A stretch of DNA of 64,000 bases, taken from Candidatus Omnitrophota bacterium. Its GTDB lineage: Bacteria > Omnitrophota > Gorgyraeia > Duberdicusellales > 4484-171. A program made the translations under genes and the position numbers. This document shows, piece after piece, positions 18,028 through 25,300 of the stretch (positions are counted from its first letter, which is position 1; each line of letters begins with the position of its first letter). The stretch is from positions 54,155 through 118,154 of the forward strand of contig JAAEQW010000341.1 of assembly GCA_024231025.1 (NCBI GenBank), read 5' to 3'. The notes under the pieces were generated by a model that did no database searches, was not told the origin of the DNA, and saw only the letters and a list, made by a program, of their open reading frames with translations.

Positions 18028-18387
18028 CTAATTCTGCCATGCGGTTAGTTTCCCGTCTTCAAAATAATAATAACTACCGTTATAAACTACTTGTTCAAAA
18101 ACACCATAAGACGTAACAGTCCTGTTAATTTCAGGATAAGACCACAACCCCATGACTACCTTTAGATCCGATTTGGACATCCCGATCCATACCTGGCCTT
18201 CGCAAACTCTAATTTTTGTCTGTTCATCTGCAAATAATTCTGGGTGCTTCGCTACATACACTTCTCTGCGATATTGATAAATACTGACTTTATCACCTGT
18301 AATGGGTCCTGTATAACTAACAAGTCCACACCCTATGCAAAATAATGTAGCTACAAAAATCAATATTATTGAAACTTTCTTCTCCAT
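18028..18387 (-). CDS. Putative lipoprotein (SmpA/OmlA-like IGMS...G motif)
   Basis: AAGGAGG RBS before MEKK, lipobox-like CIGC, IGMSKSDLKVVMG...YYFEDGKLTAWQ. Confidence 0.7.
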   Translation of the reverse strand: MEKKVSIILIFVATLFCIGCGLVSYTGPITGDKVSIYQYRREVYVAKHPELFADEQTKIRVCEGQVWIGMSKSDLKVVMGLWSYPEINRTVTSYGVFEQVVYNGSYYYFEDGKLTAWQN

Positions 18388-18624
18388 AATTCCTCCTTCC
18401 GCCCTCCCCAAAAAAAGGGGGGAGCGCATTTCTACTACCGACAACCGTTAAGTAAATCCGATAGAGCTGCATTCTCCCCGTAATTACAGGAACCAACAAC
18501 TCCACCACACTTAACGGTTAACAGGGCCAAACCCTGTCTTATGGCAAAATTAAATTACACCTAATTATATGAACACTTAAAGTTTATCACCCTCCTTACT
18601 ATCAGACAAGCTAAAAACTATTTG

Positions 18625-18702
18625 AGCCTACATTACCCCTAGATTGGGTTTTTACAGATTTAAAAGGTAAAATTGTTTACCTACCTATTAAAGTCGCTAC
18701 AT
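18625..18702. repeat. Recombination-site-like repeat R3 (left arm only)
   Basis: AAAAGGTAAAATTGTTTACC at 18662 and CTACAT at the same offset as in R1/R2; AGCCT and CTAGATTG at the same upstream offsets as in R1. Confidence 0.75.
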
Positions 18703-18741
18703 CGATAAACTAAAGCCATTCTGCCTTATTCGGTATTACTT

Positions 18742-19920
18742 TTAGTAACATTCTCCCCAAGTTTTACCTATCTTACAAGAAACGGTAAATTTCATACCTT
18801 TAATTTCTATCTCCATGATCTCTTTAATTCTTTGCAAGCTCTTATCAATTTCAAGATCGGGAACTATAACAAGTGCTGAATCATGAACTGTAGCGCTTAT
18901 CTTGAAACCTTCACTATGAAGTTTAACTAGGGAGAATTTAAGAATATCTGCAGCAGTGCCCTGAATGCAATGGTTAACAGCCCGCCTTTCAGCTTTCTTA
19001 CGATCAGTTATGTTGGAAGCATTTATATCAAGAAGAAATCTCTTACGCCCATAATAAGTTTCAGTAAAACCTGTAGAGCGTGCTTTCTTAATTGTTTCTG
19101 ACTTAAAACTTTCTATCTCAGGTATTTTAGATTTATATACGTCCATTAATTCTTGGGCTTCGCTTATTGATATATGTAGGTTTCTGGCTAGACCATTGGC
19201 TTCTTGTCCATACGCCAATCCGAAATTAAGCGTCTTGCCTAGCTTACGTTCTTTATCAGTAACGGAATCATACAGAACCCCCTTCATGTCAGCAACAACT
19301 TTCCTATGTAAATCCAACCCTTTAGCCCAACACTCCTTGAAATACACATCATCAGAGAGAGCGCTAAGTATTCTCAGTTCAAAGCTATTATAATCTGCTA
19401 TGATGAACGAATGACCACCATCTGCGCATATGATACCTCTAGCCACTTCAGGGATACTTTGGAAACTATAGCTTTTTGTGTATAATCGTCCTGACATGCA
19501 TGTATCTATGTACCTACAGAATATCTTACCTTTAGCTTTATCAGTAGCTTTATGAATTGCCTTCAGAGAGCTTAAGAGTTTCTCTAGGTTGCGGTAGGTT
19601 GCAATTTTATCGGTAAGGGGGTTATTGACGCCTTTAAGCACTCTCCGAGAAGTGCTGTACCGGCCTGTTCTCGTCCTCTTAGGATTAACCCCTAAAACCT
19701 TGAATAGAATATCGGCAACATCCCTTGAACTATTGAAGTTAACCTCACCTTGAATACCGAGTATTTGCTTGAGTTCTTGTTCAATTCCGTTCTTCTCTTG
19801 CAAGGTTTTCTGGATTAATTTATCAAGTTTAGGAAAATCTACGTTTAGACCGCGTTGTTCCATCGCTTGCTTAACGTTAATCATGTCGTGCTCTAGGTTT
19901 TCTATAATTTTACTATGCAT
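18742..19920 (-). CDS. Stand-alone family A DNA polymerase domain (no 5'-3' or 3'-5' exonuclease)
   Basis: SGRL, motif A ADYNSFELRIL, motif B RKLGKTLNFGLAYG, NHCIQGTAADI, motif C VHDS; 392 aa. Confidence 0.92.
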   Translation of the reverse strand: MHSKIIENLEHDMINVKQAMEQRGLNVDFPKLDKLIQKTLQEKNGIEQELKQILGIQGEVNFNSSRDVADILFKVLGVNPKRTRTGRYSTSRRVLKGVNNPLTDKIATYRNLEKLLSSLKAIHKATDKAKGKIFCRYIDTCMSGRLYTKSYSFQSIPEVARGIICADGGHSFIIADYNSFELRILSALSDDVYFKECWAKGLDLHRKVVADMKGVLYDSVTDKERKLGKTLNFGLAYGQEANGLARNLHISISEAQELMDVYKSKIPEIESFKSETIKKARSTGFTETYYGRKRFLLDINASNITDRKKAERRAVNHCIQGTAADILKFSLVKLHSEGFKISATVHDSALVIVPDLEIDKSLQRIKEIMEIEIKGMKFTVSCKIGKTWGECY

Positions 19921-19964
19921 TTTCGTAATGGTTTAATGTGTTGGGGACCCCCTACCCCCAACAT

Positions 19965-19998
19965 CAATATATAAACCATCGCATTTTCTGCGTGTCAA
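19965..19998 (-). promoter_or_regulatory. Promoter/operator motif shared with the recombinase upstream region
   Basis: TTGACA-N11-CGATGGTTTATATATTG. Confidence 0.65.
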
Positions 19999-20015
19999 TA
20001 AAACATTTGAAATAG

Positions 20016-20480
20016 TTACGGCCTAACCTTTGAGTTTATAATATAAAACTCTTGTGCGACTAGATCTTTTGTGCCGATTTTCTTTATCAGGTAATACGAA
20101 GCTCCCCCTAACGGGTTATATCCTTCAACTAACGAAGTACCTCCGAAAAACTTTTTTGCTTTATTGTTGATTATCTCTGCATGCTTGGGATCGATTCGAT
20201 CGATAAGAGCGTGAATATGTATTCCGGCTGACGATGTACTGTGCCTTTCATAAAACACAAGACACCGAACAAAACTATCAAAGTATATTTCGTCATTCTT
20301 ATTGAGATATTTTATGAACCGCTTAAACTCTTTCTTGGCTGTCTCGTAAGAGACAAACTTTCTAAAATTAGCGTTGAAAAACAATGTCCACTCATAATCT
20401 CCCAACAAATACCGCCTATACGCCTCTAGAATTATCTGCCTCTTGTTCCATGCAAGGTTATCTTCGAGTTTAATCTTCAC
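20016..20480 (-). CDS. HUH endonuclease, rolling-circle Rep-like
   Basis: Motif I-like LFFNANF, motif II E...GIHIHALI, motif III YLIK; AGGAGG RBS before GTG. Confidence 0.75.
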   Translation of the reverse strand: MKIKLEDNLAWNKRQIILEAYRRYLLGDYEWTLFFNANFRKFVSYETAKKEFKRFIKYLNKNDEIYFDSFVRCLVFYERHSTSSAGIHIHALIDRIDPKHAEIINNKAKKFFGGTSLVEGYNPLGGASYYLIKKIGTKDLVAQEFYIINSKVRP

Positions 20481-20643
20481 AATTTACCTCCTGTCTTTAG
20501 ACAATAAAAAAGGGATACCAGAGTGCAAACTAAGGTATCCCTTATGATTAATAAAACCGATTTTTGATGATTGGCTACTTGGGAATTCGCCATCTTTTCG
20601 CCTCTCATTAATTATACTTGTCAGTGTTGCCACTAGGCATAAA

Positions 20644-20681
20644 TAAAAAAAGGCAGCCGCGTTTTCTTGCGACTGCCTTTT
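20644..20681. terminator. Bidirectional intrinsic terminator-like hairpin
   Basis: AAAAAAAGGCAG...CTGCCTTTTT. Confidence 0.6.
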
Positions 20682-20760
20682 AATTTTCCTCTGAAATTTC
20701 TACTTTTATACGCCTTTTTGCGTTAATAACAATGGCGTTGTGATTCTTTCTGCCCCTACA

Positions 20761-20803
20761 AAAAGAAACGGGAAGCGTTAGCCATAATACTAAACGCTTC
20801 CCG
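20761..20803 (-). terminator. Terminator downstream of tRNA-Asn
   Basis: CGGGAAGCGTT/AACGCTTCCCG stem then TTTCTTTTT on the minus strand. Confidence 0.75.
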
Positions 20804-20812
20804 ATATTATTC

Positions 20813-21232
20813 TGGCTCCCCGGGTAGGGCTCGAACCTACGACCTATTGGTTACAGTTACCCTCTAAGTTTCCTTAAAGACTGGACTATATCATTACCGT
20901 CCCGCCATGGGCGGGATACGGTATCAGGCGCTTCGACCCCGAAATTTCGGGGGCTACTCCCTCGCGGGATAGTCTCTGCACGTTCTCCGAATAATCGGAG
21001 CTTCGCTCAGGATTGCCATATTCTTACGAACTTAGGTTTCCCTGAATTCACCTGATTCTTCACTCTACAGTTTCCTGTAGAGGCTGCCATGCACCGAGAT
21101 CCTTCGACTCAGTCGACCTAAGGTCTCCTTCACTCAGGATCAATTCGGCTATATAATTTTTCTGCCGTTTTTGGCCTGAAAAATTATAGTCTCATTGACA
21201 GCCAACCGCTCTACCAATTGAGCTACCGGGGA
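20813..21232 (-). tRNA. tRNA-Asn(GTT), split: exon 1 21232-21198, exon 2 20853-20813, CCA encoded
   Basis: Joined exons give a canonical 76-nt cloverleaf TCCCCGG...GTTGG CT GT^T AA CCAAT...GTTCGAG...CCGGGGAGCCA. Confidence 0.95.
20854..21197 (-). ncRNA. Group I self-splicing intron (IC3-like), 344 nt, at anticodon position 35/36
   Basis: 5' exon ends in U, intron ends in G; IGS GCAGCC pairs with exon GGCUGU; P GAAUUCAGGGAA, Q AAUCCUGAGC, R GCAGAGACUA, S GAUAUAGUCC; P3 AUCAGG/CCUGAU. Confidence 0.92.
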
Positions 21233-21266
21233 ATCACCAAATCTTAAGAGAACGAAAAGTCTTTAA

Positions 21267-21295
21267 ATTATAACCTATTTGCATTTTATCGTCAA
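21267..21295 (-). promoter_or_regulatory. sigma70 promoter of tRNA-Asn
   Basis: TTGACG-17 nt-TATAAT. Confidence 0.8.
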
Positions 21296-21319
21296 GTAAA
21301 GCGCAAACTTGAAAAATAT

Positions 21320-21730
21320 CTATTTCTTTTTTATATTAGCCAAAACCCACTCGAATATTCTTTTAGTAGATTTTGCTACATCGTGGGCTTCTTTTTCGTG
21401 AATACTACGGCAGTCATATTGGATGGCGTTCTTTTTGGCAATAATCCTTTTCAGAGCAACGCTTTTTTCTTTGTCACCAGGTAAAGATACAGTCGCCATA
21501 AGGTCGCAAACATCTTTATGGTCTTGAGAGATGGACCTTGTGCCTAATCTATAGACGCAGATAGCATCAGCTGAAGAAATAACGCATTGTATGGCTAATG
21601 TTCCTACGGCATTGTAGTTCTTATGGTTCAAGGCAGAAATCATTTCTTCGTAATTATCTTCGGCCTTTTTAAGATATTGGTATGATGCCGCGGGATCTTC
21701 TTGTCTGGTTCTTATATTCTTTGGTCCCAT
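21320..21730 (-). CDS. HEPN-domain protein (toxin partner of MNT)
   Basis: YLKKAED, CVISSADA, QDH, KKNAIQY (R-X4-H/Y-like). Confidence 0.75.
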   Translation of the reverse strand: MGPKNIRTRQEDPAASYQYLKKAEDNYEEMISALNHKNYNAVGTLAIQCVISSADAICVYRLGTRSISQDHKDVCDLMATVSLPGDKEKSVALKRIIAKKNAIQYDCRSIHEKEAHDVAKSTKRIFEWVLANIKKK

Positions 21731-21733
21731 ATG

Positions 21734-22363
21734 TTATATCCAGTCCAAAGGATCTTCTCCGTAAATCACCGAGTAAGATTTTATAAGTGACGCAACAGGA
21801 GAAAGCCTCTTTTTTAAACGGTTAATAAATTCTTTTTTGGTTTTGATATAGGGATCAAGGCGTACCTGAAAATATTCATCAAAATCATAAGATATTTTTT
21901 CAATAAAAATTTCTTCTATGAGGGGCAAGTCTTTTATGTTATTTGCAACAATAGCTATATCAACATCGCTTTTTTCGGTGGCTTGCTTTGTGTGTCGGCT
22001 CCCATAAAACATAACTGAAGCTAGTTTGTTGGAAATTTTATGTTTTCGAATAGCCGCAGTTATGAAGCTTATAGCATCTTTTAAAAAAGAATCTTCTTTA
22101 CGAAAGGCAGGCATTAGTATTGTTTTTACTAATCGACTTTTGACGTTTAATCGGTATAGATGAAGTTTTCCTTTTATTTCGCGGTTAAGAATACTATACT
22201 CATATAGCTCTTTAAGCGCAGCGTGAGTTGCAGGAGGGCTAAGCTTAATTGCTCTAGAGATTTCCCGACCGCAGGCCATAAAATCTTCGCGATAAAAAGT
22301 AAAGAATCGCACGATTTTAACTTTAGCGTTTGTATTAAGAATGTTATCTAGTGATTTCTCCAT
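21734..22363 (-). CDS. HTH-fused minimal nucleotidyltransferase (MNT antitoxin)
   Basis: N-terminal wHTH (GREISRAIKLSP), FYGSR...SDVDI. Confidence 0.85.
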   Translation of the reverse strand: MEKSLDNILNTNAKVKIVRFFTFYREDFMACGREISRAIKLSPPATHAALKELYEYSILNREIKGKLHLYRLNVKSRLVKTILMPAFRKEDSFLKDAISFITAAIRKHKISNKLASVMFYGSRHTKQATEKSDVDIAIVANNIKDLPLIEEIFIEKISYDFDEYFQVRLDPYIKTKKEFINRLKKRLSPVASLIKSYSVIYGEDPLDWI

Positions 22364-22445
22364 AATTTGTAATTGTTAAGTAAACCTTACACGTGTTAAG
22401 TATACTTTACAATCAAAAATTTGTCAAATAGTAAATCAAACTTCC

Positions 22446-23231
22446 CTAATACAAATCAAGAATTTCTCTTTTCTCGGTTCTGAACTCAAATCGATCGATG
22501 ACGCCTTCTTCATATGCTTGTTTCAGTTCTCGCAGCGCCCTAAAGATAGTATACTTCTCCTTTTTATGCTTTTTCTTGCCGCTAGTATAAGACTTAGCGA
22601 ATAACTCTCTTTTCTTTGCTCTGAGTTCAAAACGATCTATCGCTCCCTGATCATTTAATTTTTTTAATTTTTTAAGTTGATTAAAAATATACGGACTCAG
22701 ATAGACTGTTTCTTTCTTTTTTCCATCCATCTCCAAAATTTGACGCTTCTTGGATCTGAATTCAAAACGATCTATCGCTTCTTGCTTGCGCAACTTTTGA
22801 AACTTTGCGATGTCATCAAGAGGATCGTGCTTATTCTTTCTGTGATGCTCCTTCTTTTCTTCAAAATCATCAAGATGATCACGATCTCTTAACTCACCTA
22901 CATTAAAAACCGCACTATACTGGCTGAAATCAACTAAAATTAGAGTAGCTTTGGCAAATTCCATTGTATCTTTGATTTCCATTTTGCTTATGCCTAAGCT
23001 CTTTTCCTTACCAACGATAAGACCAAAAATCGTAGAAAATAGCGATTGTGACGAACTAACCATAAAATGCGCTTTATCGCCATACTCACCAAGATATTCT
23101 ATCCGATGATTACCTAGGGTCATCGAGCTGCCCTTATCTAAGGTAACATATGATTGTTGATACTCTCGTTGATAAGTGTATCCGCTAAAAGGCACGGCAA
23201 CTAATAATAGAAAAACCATTAATCGTTTCAT
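22446..23231 (-). CDS. Secreted protein with three SHOCT-like C-terminal repeats
   Basis: Signal peptide MKRLMVFLLL after GAGGAG; IDRFE(F/L)RxxKR three times. Confidence 0.7.
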   Translation of the reverse strand: MKRLMVFLLLVAVPFSGYTYQREYQQSYVTLDKGSSMTLGNHRIEYLGEYGDKAHFMVSSSQSLFSTIFGLIVGKEKSLGISKMEIKDTMEFAKATLILVDFSQYSAVFNVGELRDRDHLDDFEEKKEHHRKNKHDPLDDIAKFQKLRKQEAIDRFEFRSKKRQILEMDGKKKETVYLSPYIFNQLKKLKKLNDQGAIDRFELRAKKRELFAKSYTSGKKKHKKEKYTIFRALRELKQAYEEGVIDRFEFRTEKREILDLY

Positions 23232-23278
23232 TATCTCCTCCCTTTTGTTATTTGAATTATTATCCATGTATCCGATCA

Positions 23279-23382
23279 TTAGACGCAGATGATGTCTAAA
23301 AAGACTACATAATGGACGATTCTCATTTTATCCAAAAAAGATAATAAGTAAAGTAGACTTTTCTTTCATCTCCTGCGTCTAA
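23279..23382. promoter_or_regulatory. Back-to-back ECF-sigma-like promoters
   Basis: GTAG(T/A)CTTTT-N4-CATC-N2-CTGCGTCTAA on minus (23279-23308) and plus (23353-23382) strands. Confidence 0.65.
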
Positions 23383-23448
23383 TGGTTGAAGGTGGCAAAT
23401 TTAAGATGGGGATTATTATTGACAAATATACTTAAAAAGGAGAGCTCA

Positions 23449-23907
23449 GTGAAAAAGGTAGCTTTAGCATTAATGTTTTTGGTAATCGCAAGTCCGCTTT
23501 ACGCCAGTGATTGGGATAAATTCGGTAAAGTTGCCGCCGGATTAGAAGGGTTACGCCTTCTCAGCAGAGGCAGAATTGATGTATTTGGCGCTATTGCCGG
23601 CGTCAATGGCAATAGCCGCAAAGAAAAGAACAGCAGCAGCAATTACAATGGTTATTACACTGATTACACCAATTACACTTATAACAGCCGCCGTCACCAT
23701 CGCAAATGCTGCAAAAAAATATGGGTACCACAATATTCCTGGCGCAAAAAGTATGTTCCCCGCCATATTGAATATACACATTATGGCAAAGTAATAACTG
23801 GTGGCCACTATGTTAAATATCGAGTTGAAACCGGAGGGTATTGGAAAACCACATGCAAGAAGAAAAAGTCATCTTTATCGCGTCGAAGAAGGTACCGTCG
23901 TCATTAA
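23449..23907 (+). CDS. Secreted basic Tyr/His-rich protein
   Basis: AAGGAG RBS, GTG start, signal peptide ending LYA, WVP...GHY...GYW motifs. Confidence 0.65.
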   Translation: MKKVALALMFLVIASPLYASDWDKFGKVAAGLEGLRLLSRGRIDVFGAIAGVNGNSRKEKNSSSNYNGYYTDYTNYTYNSRRHHRKCCKKIWVPQYSWRKKYVPRHIEYTHYGKVITGGHYVKYRVETGGYWKTTCKKKKSSLSRRRRYRRH

Positions 23908-23911
23908 GAAA

Positions 23912-24232
23912 TTAAAACGGGTATTTGTCTTTGTAGTGGCTGTGGTTTAGCCATGGATCAAGTGCATCGTCGATAACTACATACGGGTAATCTGTTGTAA
24001 GAATTACTGGACGCACGGGCATTTTTACCCACGCCCCATCATCAAATACAACATATACCTTTGCTTTGAGATCCCAGTATATCTCTAAATCATGGTAATA
24101 GTGATATACACGCTTTGCGTTGTCCTCACAAGCCTTAGCTTGCTTTAAACCATCTTGTGCAGTAGAAGAGGCTATGGGATTACATCCAGATAAAACAATA
24201 ATCATCATAATAAGAACAACTACCTTACACAT
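23912..24232 (-). CDS. Putative lipoprotein
   Basis: AAGGAGG RBS, lipobox LSGC. Confidence 0.7.
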   Translation of the reverse strand: MCKVVVLIMMIIVLSGCNPIASSTAQDGLKQAKACEDNAKRVYHYYHDLEIYWDLKAKVYVVFDDGAWVKMPVRPVILTTDYPYVVIDDALDPWLNHSHYKDKYPF

Positions 24233-24249
24233 AAATACCTCCTTATATC

Positions 24250-24535
24250 GAATTACCAAGAAACCCGCCTGCCGGCGGGCAAGATACAAATTACAAGATA
24301 CAAATCACAAACAAATACGAAATCCAAATATCGAAATTCGAAACAATATCGAAATTCGGAACAATATCGAAATTCTAATGATAAAAATTATAAACCCGAA
24401 CAGATCATCTTGTTTTGAAAATTAGAGTTTTGGTCATTCGAATTTGTTTCGTTTTTCGCCTGCCTGCCGGCAGGCAGGGATTTCGTGCTTCGGATTTTAT
24501 AAATGTTGCATTTTGATATTTGGTTATTATGTAAC
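24250..24535. repeat. Long imperfect palindrome built of heptamer-like repeats with CCTGCC/GGCAGG micro-hairpins
   Basis: A/C-rich left arm (CAAGATACAAATTA, ATCGAAATT) and complementary G/T-rich right arm; CAAGATACAAATTACAAGATACAAATCACAAACAAAT also at 25156. Confidence 0.7.
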
Positions 24536-24543
24536 ATATTCAA

Positions 24544-25140
24544 CTAAACTTGTTTTCTGTCTAAAAGTGCCTGACCAAGAGTTGCCGAATCAATATACTC
24601 AATTTGAGTACCTAAGGGAATACCGATTGCAATACGATAAATCTTAATCTTAAACGGTGATATCTTCTCAATTAAATATTGAGCGGTTAATTCTCCGTCG
24701 TTATCGGGATCAGTTGATATCACAACCTCTTTTATTTGCCCCTTTTGCAAGCGGTTAAGCAACTTACCAACGCTTAAATCCTCTATATTCATACCATCAA
24801 GCGGCGAAAGAGAACCAAGCAGGCAGTAGTAAAGCCCCCGATAGTGAGAAGTTTTCTCGATTGCCATAATGTCTTTCGGTTCTTCAACAATACAAATTTC
24901 CTGGGCATTTCTCTTTGGATCTGAACATATACTGCAAACATCATCGGTCGTAAAATTATTGCAAAGCTTACAGGGTCTTATTGACTTATGCATGTCTGCA
25001 ATATTTTTGGCCAAATTTTCTACATCGGTGGGTCGCATTTTTAAAAGGTAAAAAGCCATACGCTCTGCGGAACGCTTGCCAATCCCCGGAAAACGAGAAA
25101 AATTATCTACTAAGTCATTGAAAATTTTAGGAAATGCCAT
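24544..25140 (-). CDS. recR: Recombination protein RecR
   Basis: PGIGKRSAER HhH, C4 Zn finger, TOPRIM (IVEE, DNDGELTA). Confidence 0.96.
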   Translation of the reverse strand: MAFPKIFNDLVDNFSRFPGIGKRSAERMAFYLLKMRPTDVENLAKNIADMHKSIRPCKLCNNFTTDDVCSICSDPKRNAQEICIVEEPKDIMAIEKTSHYRGLYYCLLGSLSPLDGMNIEDLSVGKLLNRLQKGQIKEVVISTDPDNDGELTAQYLIEKISPFKIKIYRIAIGIPLGTQIEYIDSATLGQALLDRKQV

Positions 25141-25149
25141 ATCTTTTAA

Positions 25150-25290
25150 GAATTACAAGATACAAATTACAAGATACAAATCACAAACAAATCCCAATAT
25201 CCAATACTCAATAATCAAACAGTTTGGTTATTTGAATTTGGTGATTGATTATTATTTGGTTATTGCATCTTATATCTTGGTTATTGATTA
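25150..25290. repeat. Heptamer-repeat hairpin between dnaX and recR
   Basis: AATTACAAGATA...TATCTTGGTTATT complementary arms. Confidence 0.7.
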
Positions 25291-25300
25291 CTCGTGTCTA

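Larger units (their letters stand above)
8591..20829. mobile_element. Integrative element / genomic island at the tRNA-Asn 3' end
   Basis: Bounded by tRNA 3'-end duplications; contains two serine recombinases, HUH Rep, PolA domain and defence-like cargo. Confidence 0.85.

Noticed and set aside
18390-18540. Known riboswitch (e.g. c-di-GMP) in the lipoprotein leader
   Set aside because: Consensus nucleotides of classes I know are not evident; kept only as an unknown structured leader.
11403-18702. R1-R3 as CRISPR repeats or integron attC sites
   Set aside because: Too long and far apart for CRISPR; lack RYYYAAC/GTTRRRY ends and a full hairpin.
8602-20759. 13-bp inverted repeat GTAGGGGCAGAAA (8602) / TTTCTGCCCCTAC (20747) as element termini
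   Set aside because: Overlaps the tRNA-derived sequence and the common GTAGGGGC REP motif; may be an att arm but cannot be separated from chance.
8591-20829. Island as a prophage or conjugative ICE
   Set aside because: No capsid, terminase, tail, T4SS or coupling-protein genes visible.
24325-24378. Three tandem 18-nt repeats (AATATCGAAATTCGAAAC-like) as a CRISPR array
   Set aside because: No spacers, no cas genes; part of a heptamer hairpin element.
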